DNA of 64,000 nt from Octopus sinensis (taxonomy: Eukaryota): contig NC_042999.1 in assembly GCF_006345805.1 (NCBI RefSeq), positions 93,868,001 to 93,932,000 on the forward strand, given 5' to 3'. A program made the translations under genes and the position numbers. The notes under the pieces were generated by a model, which saw only the letters and a list, made by a program, of their open reading frames with translations, did not search any database and was not told the origin of the DNA. Shown one piece after another: positions 42,507 to 54,075 of this stretch. The number at the start of each line of letters is the position of its first letter. Position 1 is the stretch's first letter.

Positions 42507-42549
42507 CCACCTGAAGATTGTCGATCAAGACAAGAAACGATTGTAGTGG
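42507..42549 (+). ncRNA. Minimal type-I hammerhead ribozyme (right-arm copy)
   Basis: ccac-CTGAAGA-ttgtc gatcaa gacaa-GAAAC gatt GTA-gtgg: 4-bp stem I, 5-bp stem II, intact core and a GUA site. Confidence 0.75.
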
Positions 42550-42647
42550 CGTTTTTTTTGACTATTTATTAAAATTTTATTATTAATTAGTCTTTCCTTT
42601 TTGTTTTTGCAAAATAGTGGTTTTGTCTCGAATAATTTTTTATATAT

Positions 42648-42678
<31 letters not shown>

Positions 42679-43378
42679 CAATAATATTAGGCAATAAATC
42701 CAAACTTACAGGGAAAAGTTAGATTTAGGATAAAATCCAATTTTATAGTATAAACATATTATATTATATTATATTAGAGATAAAACCACTATTAGGAAAA
42801 TAAAACTGAAAAATATAAGCCAATACATAAAATTAATTTAAAGATATAAAAGTAAAAAATTTAAAAATTATTTAAATAATTTAAACTTATAAATGTTAAA
42901 TATATATATACAAATATATATATATGTATGTATATTTTTATATTTATATATTATTTTATTTATTAATTTATTCATTTATTTATTTTTATTTATATAAATA
43001 TCAAAAGTATTAAAAGTTTAATAAAAGATGAAGAGTAAAACACTACGATCGTTCCATGGCTGTACCAATTAGCTATTTCATCTTTAAATATGAAAAATTA
43101 ATTTATTAGGTCTTTATTATATGTGCATATCTATTTATTTATAGAGATTATTTTAGATCTTAATTATAATATTTATATACATTTATAAACTTAGATACAC
43201 TTAGACATGTTTCGACCAAAGATTGGTCCAGGCCATGTCTAACTTAATAGCACCACCTGATAGGATTATTCGAATCCTGTTTAAGTCAAGTTTTGTTTGA
43301 GTCAAGTTTTATTCAAGTAGTGAGTTCTTGTTGGGTCAGTTGTATCCAGTTTTGTTCAAGTAGTGAGTTCTTGTTGGG

Positions 43379-46268
43379 TCAGTTGTATCCAATTATGGGT
43401 GGCTTATCTGGTATTCTTTGAAGGAATCTATCCAGCCTCTGTTTAAAGTTGATGGGATCCTTTTCCTCGTTGATCTCCCTCGGGACAATGTTAAATAGGG
43501 CAGGGCCTGTTGAGGAAAGAAATTATGTTGCAGTGTACATGTATGTTGTGATCTTGAATTGGGCAGGGGACGTATAGCCGTGGTCCAAGTCTTGGATGAA
43601 CCTTGAAGCTAATGTTTAGGTCGTTTGGGCAAAGTTGGCGGTATATTTTCCACATCGTACAAATGATGTACCGCTCACGGCGACGCTGGAGGGAGTAAAG
43701 TTTCAAGGCTTTAAGGCGATCCCAATAATCGAGAGCAGCCATGCCTTCAATTTGTTTAGTGAGTGCCCTCTGGGGTGACTCAATTCTGGAGATGTTTTGT
43801 CTTGTGTGAGGAGACCACAGTGGGCAGCAGTATTCAAGGTGTGGCCGTACAAAGGAAGAGAAAAGTGGTATGATGACACCTTGTTCTCTGGACCGGAAAG
43901 TTCTTAAGATCCAGGAACTCATCCTACGAGCTATATCGACCTTCTTGTTGATGTGTGCACTCCAACTGAGATCGTCATCAACAATTACACCCAGGTCTCT
44001 GATATTGTTAGAGGCTGTGAGCGGTTCCCCTAAAGGAAGAGAGTATGGTTGTTTTAGTGAGGAATTTCTTCCAAAATGCATCAGCTCTAATTTTCCCTCA
44101 TTCAGTTGCATTTTGTTTCTGTCTGCCCATTGACTCACAGCATATAGATCAGACTGGAGTTGAGTTCGGTCTGCTTCTTCATTGACGATTTGCTGGAGCT
44201 TAGTGTCATCAGCAAATATTTTCAATTTGCAGTAATATACGACACTGGAAAGGTCGTTTACGTAAATTATGAAGAGTAGCGGACACAAAACATTTCCCTG
44301 GGGAACACCGCTGGTGACTTTTGCTGGGTTTGAGTGGACTCCATCAACTACAACATGCTGTGCTCTATTCGCCAGGAAATATTTAATCCAGTGTAGAACT
44401 TTTCCACGGATTCCAACATTTGCCAATTTTGAGAGTAGGATGTTATGGTTTACCCTGGCGAAGATATATGACGTCAGAATTCGAACCTGTTCCCAAGGCT
44501 TTGAGTACATCTTCAATGTAGTGTAAGAGCTGTGTTAGACAGTCCCTGCCACAGCGAAAGCATGCTGATTTGCATTTAGGAGTTTGTCGGTCTCCAGGAA
44601 GTCAGCTATCCTTGATCTTAACACTCTTTCAAACACTTTAATGATGTGGGAGGTGAGTGAGATTGGGCGATAGTTGACTGCGAGGGATCTGTTTCCCTGT
44701 TTGAAAACCGGGATGACCGACTGGGATAGAAACTGTTTCGGTATATAACCTGCGTCTAACGAATTTCTCCAGAGGTTGGTCAGAGGGACTGCAAGTTGGT
44801 ATCTACATTCCTTCAGGAGACTAGCGGGAAATCTATCAGGGCCTACAGCAGAGTAATGTTTGACCTCATTTATTGCTGCTACGATGTCAGTGGCAGTGAA
44901 GGTTAGGTTTGAGATTTTGTGTTGGGAGTCAACTTCGTTCGTTTCCCTCACGTCAATATCAGTGGGAACACTAAAGACAGAGCAGTATTGTTTCTGCAGT
45001 ATTTCTGCCATTTCTTTAGCATCGTGTTGGGGAATGCCGTTATCATCAATCAATAGCCCAATGGGTGAGACAGTGGTTCTATGCTTATTTGCATAAGAAT
45101 AGAACACTTTTGGGTTCTGTTTGATGTTTTTGATTACCACAGCTTTCATGTTGGTCTGCAGATGAAGTTTTTCCAGCTCTAGTCTTTTCATTGTTGTTGA
45201 ATGTGGATGTTGTGTGTGGGGGTATTTTAATTGGTTGATTTTTTTGTTGAGTCTTTTGATGCGCCTGATGAGTGTTTTTTTCTTTTTAGGGAGCCGGTTT
45301 CTGTTTGTGTAAGTAGATTTCTTGGGAGCGTGTTTAGAGCATGTATAGGTGACAATGCTTTCAAAGTGCTGCCACGCGGTTTCAATATGAGAGGAATTGA
45401 GAGTAAAAGACCAGTCGATGGAAGACAGATCCTTTCTGATTGTTCCCCAGTCCGCTTTGTGGAAGCTTATGTTGTCAAATGGGTGCCATGGAGTGGGATT
45501 GGCTGGTTTGGTTTTTATATGTCGGGAATTAAGATTGCAGAGTACCATGTCGTGGTCTGAGAGGAGAGTTTTTTCGACTGAAATACTGTGAACATAGCTA
45601 GAGTGATTGGTCAATACCAGATCCAAGATCGTTTTATTCTGTCTCGTTGGTTCAAGCACTAGCTGAGTCAGGAAATACTCATCCATCAGATTAAAGAGCA
45701 GTTTTGCTGCTGCTCTATCTGATGTAGAGCACTTGCCTAACTTCAGAGTATTTGTGGGCCAGTTCACAAGAGGGAGGTTAAAATCACCCATCACTAGTAT
45801 GTTTCCGGAGTGGTACTTCCGAAGGAAGGACTTGACTTTGCTAAGGCACTCTTCAAAGTACTTTAGAGGTGCCTGGGGAGGCCTGTAAAGACCAACAATG
45901 GTTATGTCATTGGCTTTGTTGTATAGTGATACCGATTCACAGTAGCCATTGGAAAATATGTCCTTGGCATCAAGTGAAAAGGAGTCATGGATAAAGATGG
46001 CTGTCCCTCCCTTATTTCGGTCTGTGCGATCCGCACGAACAATGCTGAAAACTTTTATTTTCACCTCTGCGTCCATATGGGTGTTGTTCAGGTGAGTCTC
46101 GGTAAGGATAAAGAAAGGGAAGCAATGTGCCATTTCGGCAAGCCAACTCTCTATATATGGGATCTTCCATTTTTGGGCAATAATTGATGGGTTGATGCCA
46201 CGTACATTTAACAGGAATGTCGAGGTAAGGGAAGTTGGTAATGGGTGAGTGGTCCTTGTGATTTGCAT
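43379..46268 (-). pseudogene. LINE ORF2: APE endonuclease plus reverse transcriptase, frameshifted
   Basis: EN motifs: LNVRG, LTETH, YRPP, GDFN, PTR..ILDL, SDH. RT motifs: YRPISLTS, SGVPQG, FADD, RPHLEYC. Breaks occur at ~44556, ~44462, ~43578 and ~43515. The reconstructed end is FKQRLDRFLQRIPDKPPIIGYN*. Confidence 0.92.
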
Positions 46269-47176
46269 AGATGGTTGGTGATAACTCGCTGGATCTCCTG
46301 GCTTAGGTCGGCCTTCATATTTTCTAGGTATGTCAGTAAAAAAGAGTTACTTGTTTGGTTTGCCACTTGGTCAGAGGATACATATTTCATGTTGGCGTTG
46401 TTTGGTGTTTTTTCCTGGTTCTGTCTACGTTGTTTGATTGTGGGAGGGGAAACGTGGTTGTATTTTGTTCTTGTTGTTGTCCTAGATTTCCTCTGTTCCT
46501 GTTTATATTTATTCTGTGATCGTTTTGTGCCCTTCAGATGGTGGTGGTTGCATTCTGGGTTCAGGCACATCCTTTGTGAGACAGAAGTTTGGCACAGTTT
46601 AGGATGGAATAAGGTGCATCCATTGCCTTTTATGCATCCGTATTTAGGATCAGAACCATGGATTCTGTATTTAGGACAGTATTTGGGATGGAGGTGGGGG
46701 CAATTTTTTCCTGTTATACCGTCTGGACAGGTGCCCATAACAAGTCTACGACATAAGGTCGGATGGGAAAAAGCACAGCGTCCATTGTTGTTTGTGCCGC
46801 TGGGGCCAAATCTACAATTGCCTTTAGAATAGTAACGGCAGGGGGTTTTATTTGGTTGTACTAGTGGTTTTTCTATTCTGGCAGTAGTAGCAGTAGTGTT
46901 AGAAGCAGCTTGTTGATTTTGTGATGGTGGGTTCTGGCTTGCCAGAATGTGGTCAAATCTGCAGCTGCCTTGGCACATAGTTTTACGTGGATGTATCCTA
47001 ACAATTTATTTCATTTTATTTTCTATCTGTTTTACAGATCTGTGAAAGGATTTTTTCGTTAGATCCTCAGTTATTTTACTGTAAATATTAGCTGCGTTGT
47101 GATGGATGAACCAAGCGTTAATCATTGCAGTAATTTCATTTTCAACCCAGCGGCGTTTTTGAAAATTATTGGCCAT
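46208..47176 (-). pseudogene. LINE ORF1: Myb/SANT-like N-terminus plus four CCCH-type zinc fingers; one in-frame TAA at 47006-47008
   Basis: MANNFQKRRWVENEITAMINAW..IYSKITEDL..FHRSVKQIENKMK* is in frame (27 nt apart) with ORF 46208-46978. That ORF has Cx7Cx12Cx3H, Cx7Cx8Cx3H, Cx13Cx5Cx3H and Cx8Cx4Cx3H. Confidence 0.75.
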
Positions 47177-48025
47177 ATTCAGTGGAGTAGTGTTGTGTAA
47201 TATATATATGTACGTATGTGTATGCGTGTATATGTATATGTACACCAGTTATTGATGGCTTGATGTAAAATAGTGAATACACCGTTGAAAAGTTTGTGTC
47301 GATATACTCGGTAAATAGTGAATACACCGTTGGAAAGTTTGTGTCGATATACTCGGAAATTCGTGGCTTGTGTGTGTGAGAGTTCAGTGTAATTAGTACA
47401 ATCTAATTAGTACAATCAGGATGAGCGGTGTGTTTAATACAGATCAAGAAAAAAGAATTGTACTCACGGGACTAGTTTTAGAACTAGTCTTGGGTTTAGT
47501 ATTTAGTTTTGGGTTGTAATTCTTTCTTCAGGTTGTATATAGATTTGTATAAATTTATCCTCCGATGGTAGTAAAAGAGTAGTATAGTAGGATTGTAGAG
47601 TTCAAAAGTTTTGAGATTAAAAACAAGGAGAGTTTACGTTGGCTTGAGTTGAGTTGAGTTAAATTGAGTTGAAATATGCTTCTTTGGTTAGTTACTGACG
47701 GGAGCTATAAAAAGTACGTCTTGTCACGACGAGTGCCTGGCTATATATTTTTATTGATAATTTTTATATATAATAGTCATTTAATTTTTTTTTATATTTA
47801 TGTAATTAGATATAGACTATTACAGATATTAGATTATTGGTGGGTTTCGTACCTTATACATTAAAATTAATATTTAACATTATAATAGATTTTGATATAA
47901 TCATAATTGTTAAGTTTTAAGTTTCTAGTTTGATAATAGAGTTTATTATAAGTAAAATTATTATATTATTTATATCTTTAAAATACTGTTTAAATATTTT
48001 TGATTATTTTAAAAATATTTCAATT

Positions 48026-48117
48026 AACCTGAAGATTGACTGTAACCATAACTCGAATTATTAATTTAATTTGAAATTATTGTTATTCAAATTGGTACAG
48101 TCATGAAGATCGTAGTG
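48026..48117 (+). ncRNA. Degenerate hammerhead with extended stem II
   Basis: CTGAAGA-t-tgactgtaacca..(AT-rich loop)..tggtacagtca-t-GAA[AC missing]GATC GTA gtg. Confidence 0.4.
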
Positions 48118-48225
48118 TTTTACTCTTCATCTTTTATTAAACTTTTAATACTTTTGATATTTATATAAATAAAAAAAATAAATAAATAAATAAATAAAAT
48201 AACATATAAATATAAAAAATATACA

Positions 48226-48279
<54 letters not shown>

Positions 48280-48479
48280 ATTTGTATATATATATTTAAA
48301 ATTTATAAGTTTAAATTATTTAAATAATTTTTTAATTTTTAACTTTTATATTTTTAAATTAATTTTTTATATTGGCTTATGTTTTTCACTGTTTGATTTG
48401 CCTAATAGTGGTTTTACCTCTAATTTAATATAATATAATATATATATATATATATGGTATGGGTAAATGGTAAAATCCC

Positions 48480-48695
48480 CCTTTGCTCATGGATGACCAT
48501 GGAACTGCCTCTAGAAAGTTCCCCCGAGGTACAAGTCCGGGCAAGGTTATGAAAGACCAGGAGTCGATCAATCATACCAGCCTCTCCTTTCCATGCCATT
48601 ATGTTACCCAAGGGAAAGACAAAGGCTGATTCATTTTGGTACTAGTGACATCGCAACTCCTTTCTGCAGTCGAATGAACTGGAGCAACATGGAAC
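48480..48695 (-). mobile_element. 5'-truncated SINE of the 55547 family
   Basis: Reverse complement of the body and tail of 55640-55870 (GCTCCAGTTCA..GAGTTGCGATGTCAC..CCTTGCCCGGACT). Confidence 0.6.
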
Positions 48696-49049
48696 AAAGT
48701 AATGGTACCAGATATCTCAGCTTTTTTAAATAAATAACTGCAAATAGAATTTGAGTTGGTTATCGCATTTTCCTTACAATGGATCCTATGGTGGATTTTT
48801 TTTAAAAAGATGTATAGTTTGACTAGCATGACATATATATGCTGTTAGTATATAGTCATGTCCCTACTTATATACTCATGTCACTTTTGCGTCACTTCAG
48901 CTCTTCTGCATGTCTAGTATGGTGTCAACAAAATTCATCATTGTGCCATGTACAAATGTCTGTAAAACGATAAAGGAAACTTTAGTATGTAGAGTCCCTA
49001 GATTAATTTGTAGCTATGATTTATACCATTTCAAACAAACTGCTATGAT

Positions 49050-49470
49050 TACTCTGTGTTAATATATGGACATGAAGCATGGACATGAAAAGGAAGAGAT
49101 GCTTGGTCAGCAGGGAAATGTTCTCCTTAATGAGAATATTGAAGAGAGCAAGAAAATGTCTAATGAAGATGTGTTGACTCGGGCTCCGGTAAATAGGAAG
49201 CTGCTTCGTTAGATAAGGTATACGGAACTGCGATTTCTCGGTCATGAGATGAAGAACAAAAGTCTGCAAAATTTAGTGATTATCGAAAAGATTGATGTGA
49301 AAAGAAGGAGAGGAAGAAGAAGGATGATATGCATATCATGCGTGACGAATAGGATGGAAGAAAGATGCATTAAACATCATAAAGTGGACGTGTTACAGAA
49401 AACGTAGAACAGAGAACTGTGGCAGGACAAGATAGCCTATATCCTACACTCTGGACATGGCACCTAAATA
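49050..49470 (+). pseudogene. RTE-clade LINE 3' relic
   Basis: HEAWT..SNEDVLTRA.VNRKLL..LRFLGH..KIDVKRRRGR, ending CATGGCACCTAA-ATAAGAA. Confidence 0.6.
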
Positions 49471-52400
49471 AGAAAAATTGTGAGAGAAAAGGTTCAGCTA
49501 GCTCTGAACAGATATAAAATATAGACACAATTTCATGGCTAATGACGCATCACATTACATGTAGCACGTGTAGCAGTTCCTGTCTGCAAGATGCATAAGA
49601 TCTGCAGCTAGTTGTCACTTGTTAATGAGGTGCTGAACTAGAAATTCAAATTCAAACGGACAGTCTGTGGAAGCTAGTCAGCATCAGTTTTATCAAAAAT
49701 GAACATCAATTATGTATGATACTCTATGTCTTCTGCACATTGAATGAAGGTTTGAAATAATGCGTTATATGGAATTTGAAGTTCTAACTTTGATGATAGA
49801 TTCTATGTTAGTATTATTATGCTGCCAAAGTACACTGTTACTCTGAAAGCTACCAAATCTTTGATGACATACTTATGACATGCGTTAACTAGATTAAGGA
49901 AGCGCGTTTAGGATGACGCATAATGTGCCTCAATGACATATTGAAATAACAGGCGATTGCACCATTAGCTGGAGGTTCAATGTACCTAAACGGATCAAGA
50001 TTATCTAATGCAAAATATTTTGGAAAAGATCGCAGCTATACTCACAATGGCTTTAAAATATTTAAGTATTCAATATCTTGATAATGTTGGGTGTAGGTTT
50101 TTCTGTCACTTGAAACACATTAGACGTGCAGTGAGAAAGATAACATGTGATTTCAATACTTCAATAAATTATACAGCCGTGAACTATTGGTATCAGGTTT
50201 ATTTGCATTTATGTAAAAATGATGTGATGTTCCACCTTGCTGCCAGAAATGAATTTGATTGATTGATTGATTGATTGATTCCAGTTTCAGCTTATGAGCT
50301 GTGGCCATGGTTAATGATTATACTAAAAGTTTCGCAGAAGAAATACTGGTCCTTGTTTAACTAGCTCTCTACATTAAACATATTTGTCATTTCGATTTTA
50401 ACTCAATTACATAAAGAAATTGTAAATTTATTTAAAACTCTCTCTTAAGTAGAGTTCTCTTTGAGGAGATCAAATATATTTATAGCGAATTGTATTTGGA
50501 ATTGTCCCCCATACTTGCTAACATTTAAATATTAGTCATTTAATTACAGTGGTATTTTTCTTCGCTGCATAATTATTTACACATCTATCGATGATGCTCT
50601 CTACTTTAAAATTGGTATATTAATATTACATTCACTTATATTGTAAATAAGAATTCGAAAAGCGTTTGATTCGGATAGGTGCCTGTGGAAGAGAAGGCTT
50701 TAACAGTACTTAGAAGGTAATGTGTAATTGTTATCAAAGCATTACTATTTCTCTCAGAATCCGGATTTTTGCATTAATATATGTGCCAAGCTTAACTGAC
50801 ACAGCGATTGCTATGCTGCATTAGAAAATATTTCCGTGATGACAATGTATATGAAAACTGAATGTTTACCTCTTCATAGGTGAAGATAAATGCAAAGACT
50901 TATTTTCCATTTCATATCATAGGCAAACTAATTCCAACAGTTTGCCGGAATTGCTGAAGGCTTCTGACAGCAATCTGAGCAAACAAGTAGGCAAGATTCC
51001 TAACCGAGTGCATTATTGGCATTGCTTATGGAGAATGCAAGATGCGATTTATTAATCACGTTTACGCTCAAGACATCGAGTTAGCATTATAGAACGAATG
51101 TCTAAAATTAAGTTTAAGATTGAAACAGAGAGACTGAAGGCCCTAGTATTTAATTGAGGCTCACAAAAAAGCAAATATTGCGTAGATGTGGGCATAGTAT
51201 TGCACAATGTATCTAAATACTTATGAATTAGTCAATTAGTGTATGCTTAAACGCAAACTATATTTTAAGTTTTTAATCACTTTTACAATTATATGATCGT
51301 ATGCGAAGAGGGCAGACTGAATTGCAGTAATATAGAATTACGCTCTATTACTTTATCTGCTATGAATGGCATTTATGGTTTTGTTACATTTTATCTTTAT
51401 ATTTTGTTCGCCACAGCTTGATAGCTTGTTGGTCTGTGGAAATCCCAGTCAATGTACTATTTAGAAAATAGGGAATTACAGCTAGTTTTGAAATATGCAT
51501 TATGGTGTTCTCTTTCGACTTAAGACTTCTATGTGTTGTCTCGGCTCAGTCGTCGTCGAATTACTGAAACAAATAAGAGAATGAAAGAAAATATAAATCT
51601 TTTTGGTAATTTAAAGTTTTTAAAAAACCTTGTATTCGGCTTATTCTCATAAATAATACTGCCTGAGTATATGTATACCATGTGAAAGGACTCACGATTT
51701 CAGACACTTAAAAATTGTTGTTGTTTATTTCAGTAACAGCATTAGGATATGTTGTCGTACCTATAATAGTTCATACTATAACACCTATAATAGATCAACA
51801 ATATAGCAAATGCGGCCATACACAGATATGTATGTGTGTCCACATATAGAGAGTGGAAATAATGTAAGACAGCAAAGATCGCTTAAGATATTTAGTTATA
51901 CAAGCTTATATGTACGTTGCATTTAGATAAGGTAATTGATATTTGCATAATGAAAATTACATAACATATTCTTAATGTTAAATCGTCAGAAACTTTAACA
52001 ATCATTGGATTGAAAACACACTGCCAAAATCAATGATAGGGGAATCTACAACCGATTATAAATAATTAACTTGGAATTTATTTATATTTCGCTTCATACA
52101 CTGGAATCTGCTTAATTAAAGAACTGTGGGAAGTAGATATGAGACAAAATGTTACTTAATAGAAAGTATACGGAGACATGACAGATTGATTATATATATT
52201 TAGTGGAATGTATCTGTATGCGTTGTTGTTCCTTTCATGCTAATTAACTCCATCAGTATGGGTTTGTCTATTCAACTGTACACACATCTTCATCAATAGT
52301 GAAAAGACAATATATATATATATATTATATAAAAGGGCTTAGTAAAATAAATTACTTTGCCGCATACTGAACTCATTAGAAATAGTAGCTAAAAAAAACT

Positions 52401-52514
52401 TTTTTAAAACTATTTCTAATACTTAAAGAAAACCTCTCTCATATAGTGTTTGCTCAATTCAACTCACGAAAGTATGGGGGTAAAGACATTAAAAAATCAA
52501 ATGCAAAGGTTATT

Positions 52515-52566
52515 TGAGAACGTACGTTTCAAGATTAGTCAACTCGACATTTCTATCATCAGCTCA
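52515..52566 (-). ncRNA. Minimal type-I hammerhead ribozyme (array copy 1)
   Basis: Reverse complement of 54584-54635. Confidence 0.7.
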
Positions 52567-53074
52567 GAACTCCTTGGTTTGGATTTGAAAACACTGAAAG
52601 TGGGAGCATACCCTTTCGGCTTCTTATCGCTTCTGAAGATCTGCTCGAAACTAACAGTGCCAGCAAACTCAAATATGCAAGCGAAGAATTTCTGTTCTCC
52701 CCTTTCCACCAGCGTGGGTTAAAATCAGTAAACACTATGCTTTTTTCGGTAAAATCCGAGGCATTAAATAGAGAGAGATGAATTATAATTTCAACAATTG
52801 AGGGTGAAATTAATTAATTATTAATCAATTTCACCAAGTATTCAGTATGCAAAGGGACCATTTAAGGCGAATTCAAATTATTACATTATATAAAAGGGCT
52901 TAGTAAAATAAATTACTTGCCGCATACTGAACTCATTAGAAATAGTAGCTAAAAAAAACTTTTTTAAAACTATTTCTAATACTTAAAGAAAACCTCTCTC
53001 ATATAGTGTTTGCTCAATTCAACTCACGAAAGTATGGGGGTAAAGACATTAAAAAATCAAATGCAAAGGTTATT

Positions 53075-53126
53075 TGAGAACGTACGTTTCAAGATTAGTC
53101 AACTCGACATTTCTATCATCAGCTCA
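53075..53126 (-). ncRNA. Minimal type-I hammerhead ribozyme (array copy 2)
   Basis: Reverse complement of 54584-54635. Confidence 0.7.
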
Positions 53127-54023
53127 GAACTCCTTGGTTTGGATTTGAAAACACTGAAAGTGGGAGCATACCCTTTCGGCTTCTTATCGCTTCTGAAGAT
53201 CTGCTCGAAACTAACAGTGCCAGCAAACTCAAATATGCAAGCGAAGAATTTCTGTTCTCCCCTTTCCACCAGCGTGGGTTAAAATCAGTAAACACTATGC
53301 TTTTTTCGGTAAAATCCGAGGCATTAAATAGAGAGAGATGAATTATAATTTCAACAATTGAGGGTGAAATTAATTAATTATTAATCAATTTCACCAAGTA
53401 TTCAGTATGCAAAGGGACCATTTAAGGCGAATTCAAATTATTACATTATATAAAAGGGCTTAGTAAAATAAATTACTTTGCCGCATACTGAACTCATTAG
53501 AAATAGTAGCTAAAAATAACCTTTGCATTTGATTTTTTAATGCCTTTACCCCCATACTTTCGTGAGTTGAATTGAGCAAACACTATATAAGAGAGGTTTT
53601 CTTTAAGTATTAGAAATAGTTTTAAAAAAGTTTTTTTTAGCTACTATTTCTAATGAGTTCAGTATGCGGCAAAGTAATTTATTTTACTAAGCCCTTTTAT
53701 ATAATGTAATAATTTGAATTCGCCTTAAATGGTCCCTTTGCATACTGAATACTTGGTGAAATTGATTAATAATTAATTAATTTCACCCTCAATTGTTGAA
53801 ATTATAATTCATCTCTCTCTATTTAATGCCTCGGATTTTACCGAAAAAAGCATAGTGTTTACTGATTTTAACCCACGCTGGTGGAAAGGGGAGAGCAGAA
53901 ATTCTTCGCTTGCATATTTGAGTTTGCTGGCACTGTTAGTTTCGAGCGAATCTTCAGAAGCGATAAGAAGCCGAAAGGGTATGCTACCACTTTCAGTGTT
54001 TTCAAATCCAAACCAAGGAGTTC

Positions 54024-54075
54024 TGAGCTGATGATAGAAATGTCGAGTTGACTAATCTTGAAACGTACGTTCTCA
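54024..54075 (+). ncRNA. Minimal type-I hammerhead ribozyme (array copy 3)
   Basis: tgag-CTGATGA-tagaaatgtc gagtt gactaatctt-GAAAC gtac GTT-ctca. Confidence 0.7.

Larger units (their letters stand above)
35774..42636. repeat. 6.8-kb zero-spacer palindrome (arms ~35860-39257 and 39258-42636) built from diverged partial tandem units
   Basis: Centre TAGTAATCCCTT-TA-GGGGGATTACTA. The arms are reverse complements out to ATTATTCGAGAC/GTCTCGAATAAT. The internal ATGAATGAAACAAT unit recurs at 36557, 37247, 38071 and 39101. Confidence 0.9.
43190..47742 (-). mobile_element. Near full-length CR1-group (Jockey superfamily) LINE, disabled
   Basis: The 5' end has an AGACGT (DPE-like) motif at 47716-47721. 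ORF1 and ORF2 (APE+RT) follow, and the 3' UTR has a stem-loop TTAGACATG/CATGTCTAA (43201-43242). No TSD identified. Confidence 0.9.
42680..48440. mobile_element. Older PLE-type inverted pair (IR ~42757-43080 and ~48090-48440) enclosing the LINE
   Basis: Diverged inverted repeats of the same terminus family as 21910 and 35774. Each arm carries an eroded HHR tail (GATCGTAGTG). Confidence 0.65.

Noticed and set aside
44269-46832. Plus-strand ORFs overlapping the LINE (e.g. 46245-46832, 45231-45560)
   Set aside because: They are antisense shadows of ORF1 and ORF2 with no independent motifs.
43140-47830. Target-site duplication for the LINE
   Set aside because: Both flanks are low-complexity AT sequence and I found no convincing direct repeat.
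52629-52664. Second HHR-like CTGAAGA..GAAAC on the opposite strand of the 560-bp unit
   Set aside because: There is no pairing stem II or stem I, and the triplet is GUG, which is not an NUH site.
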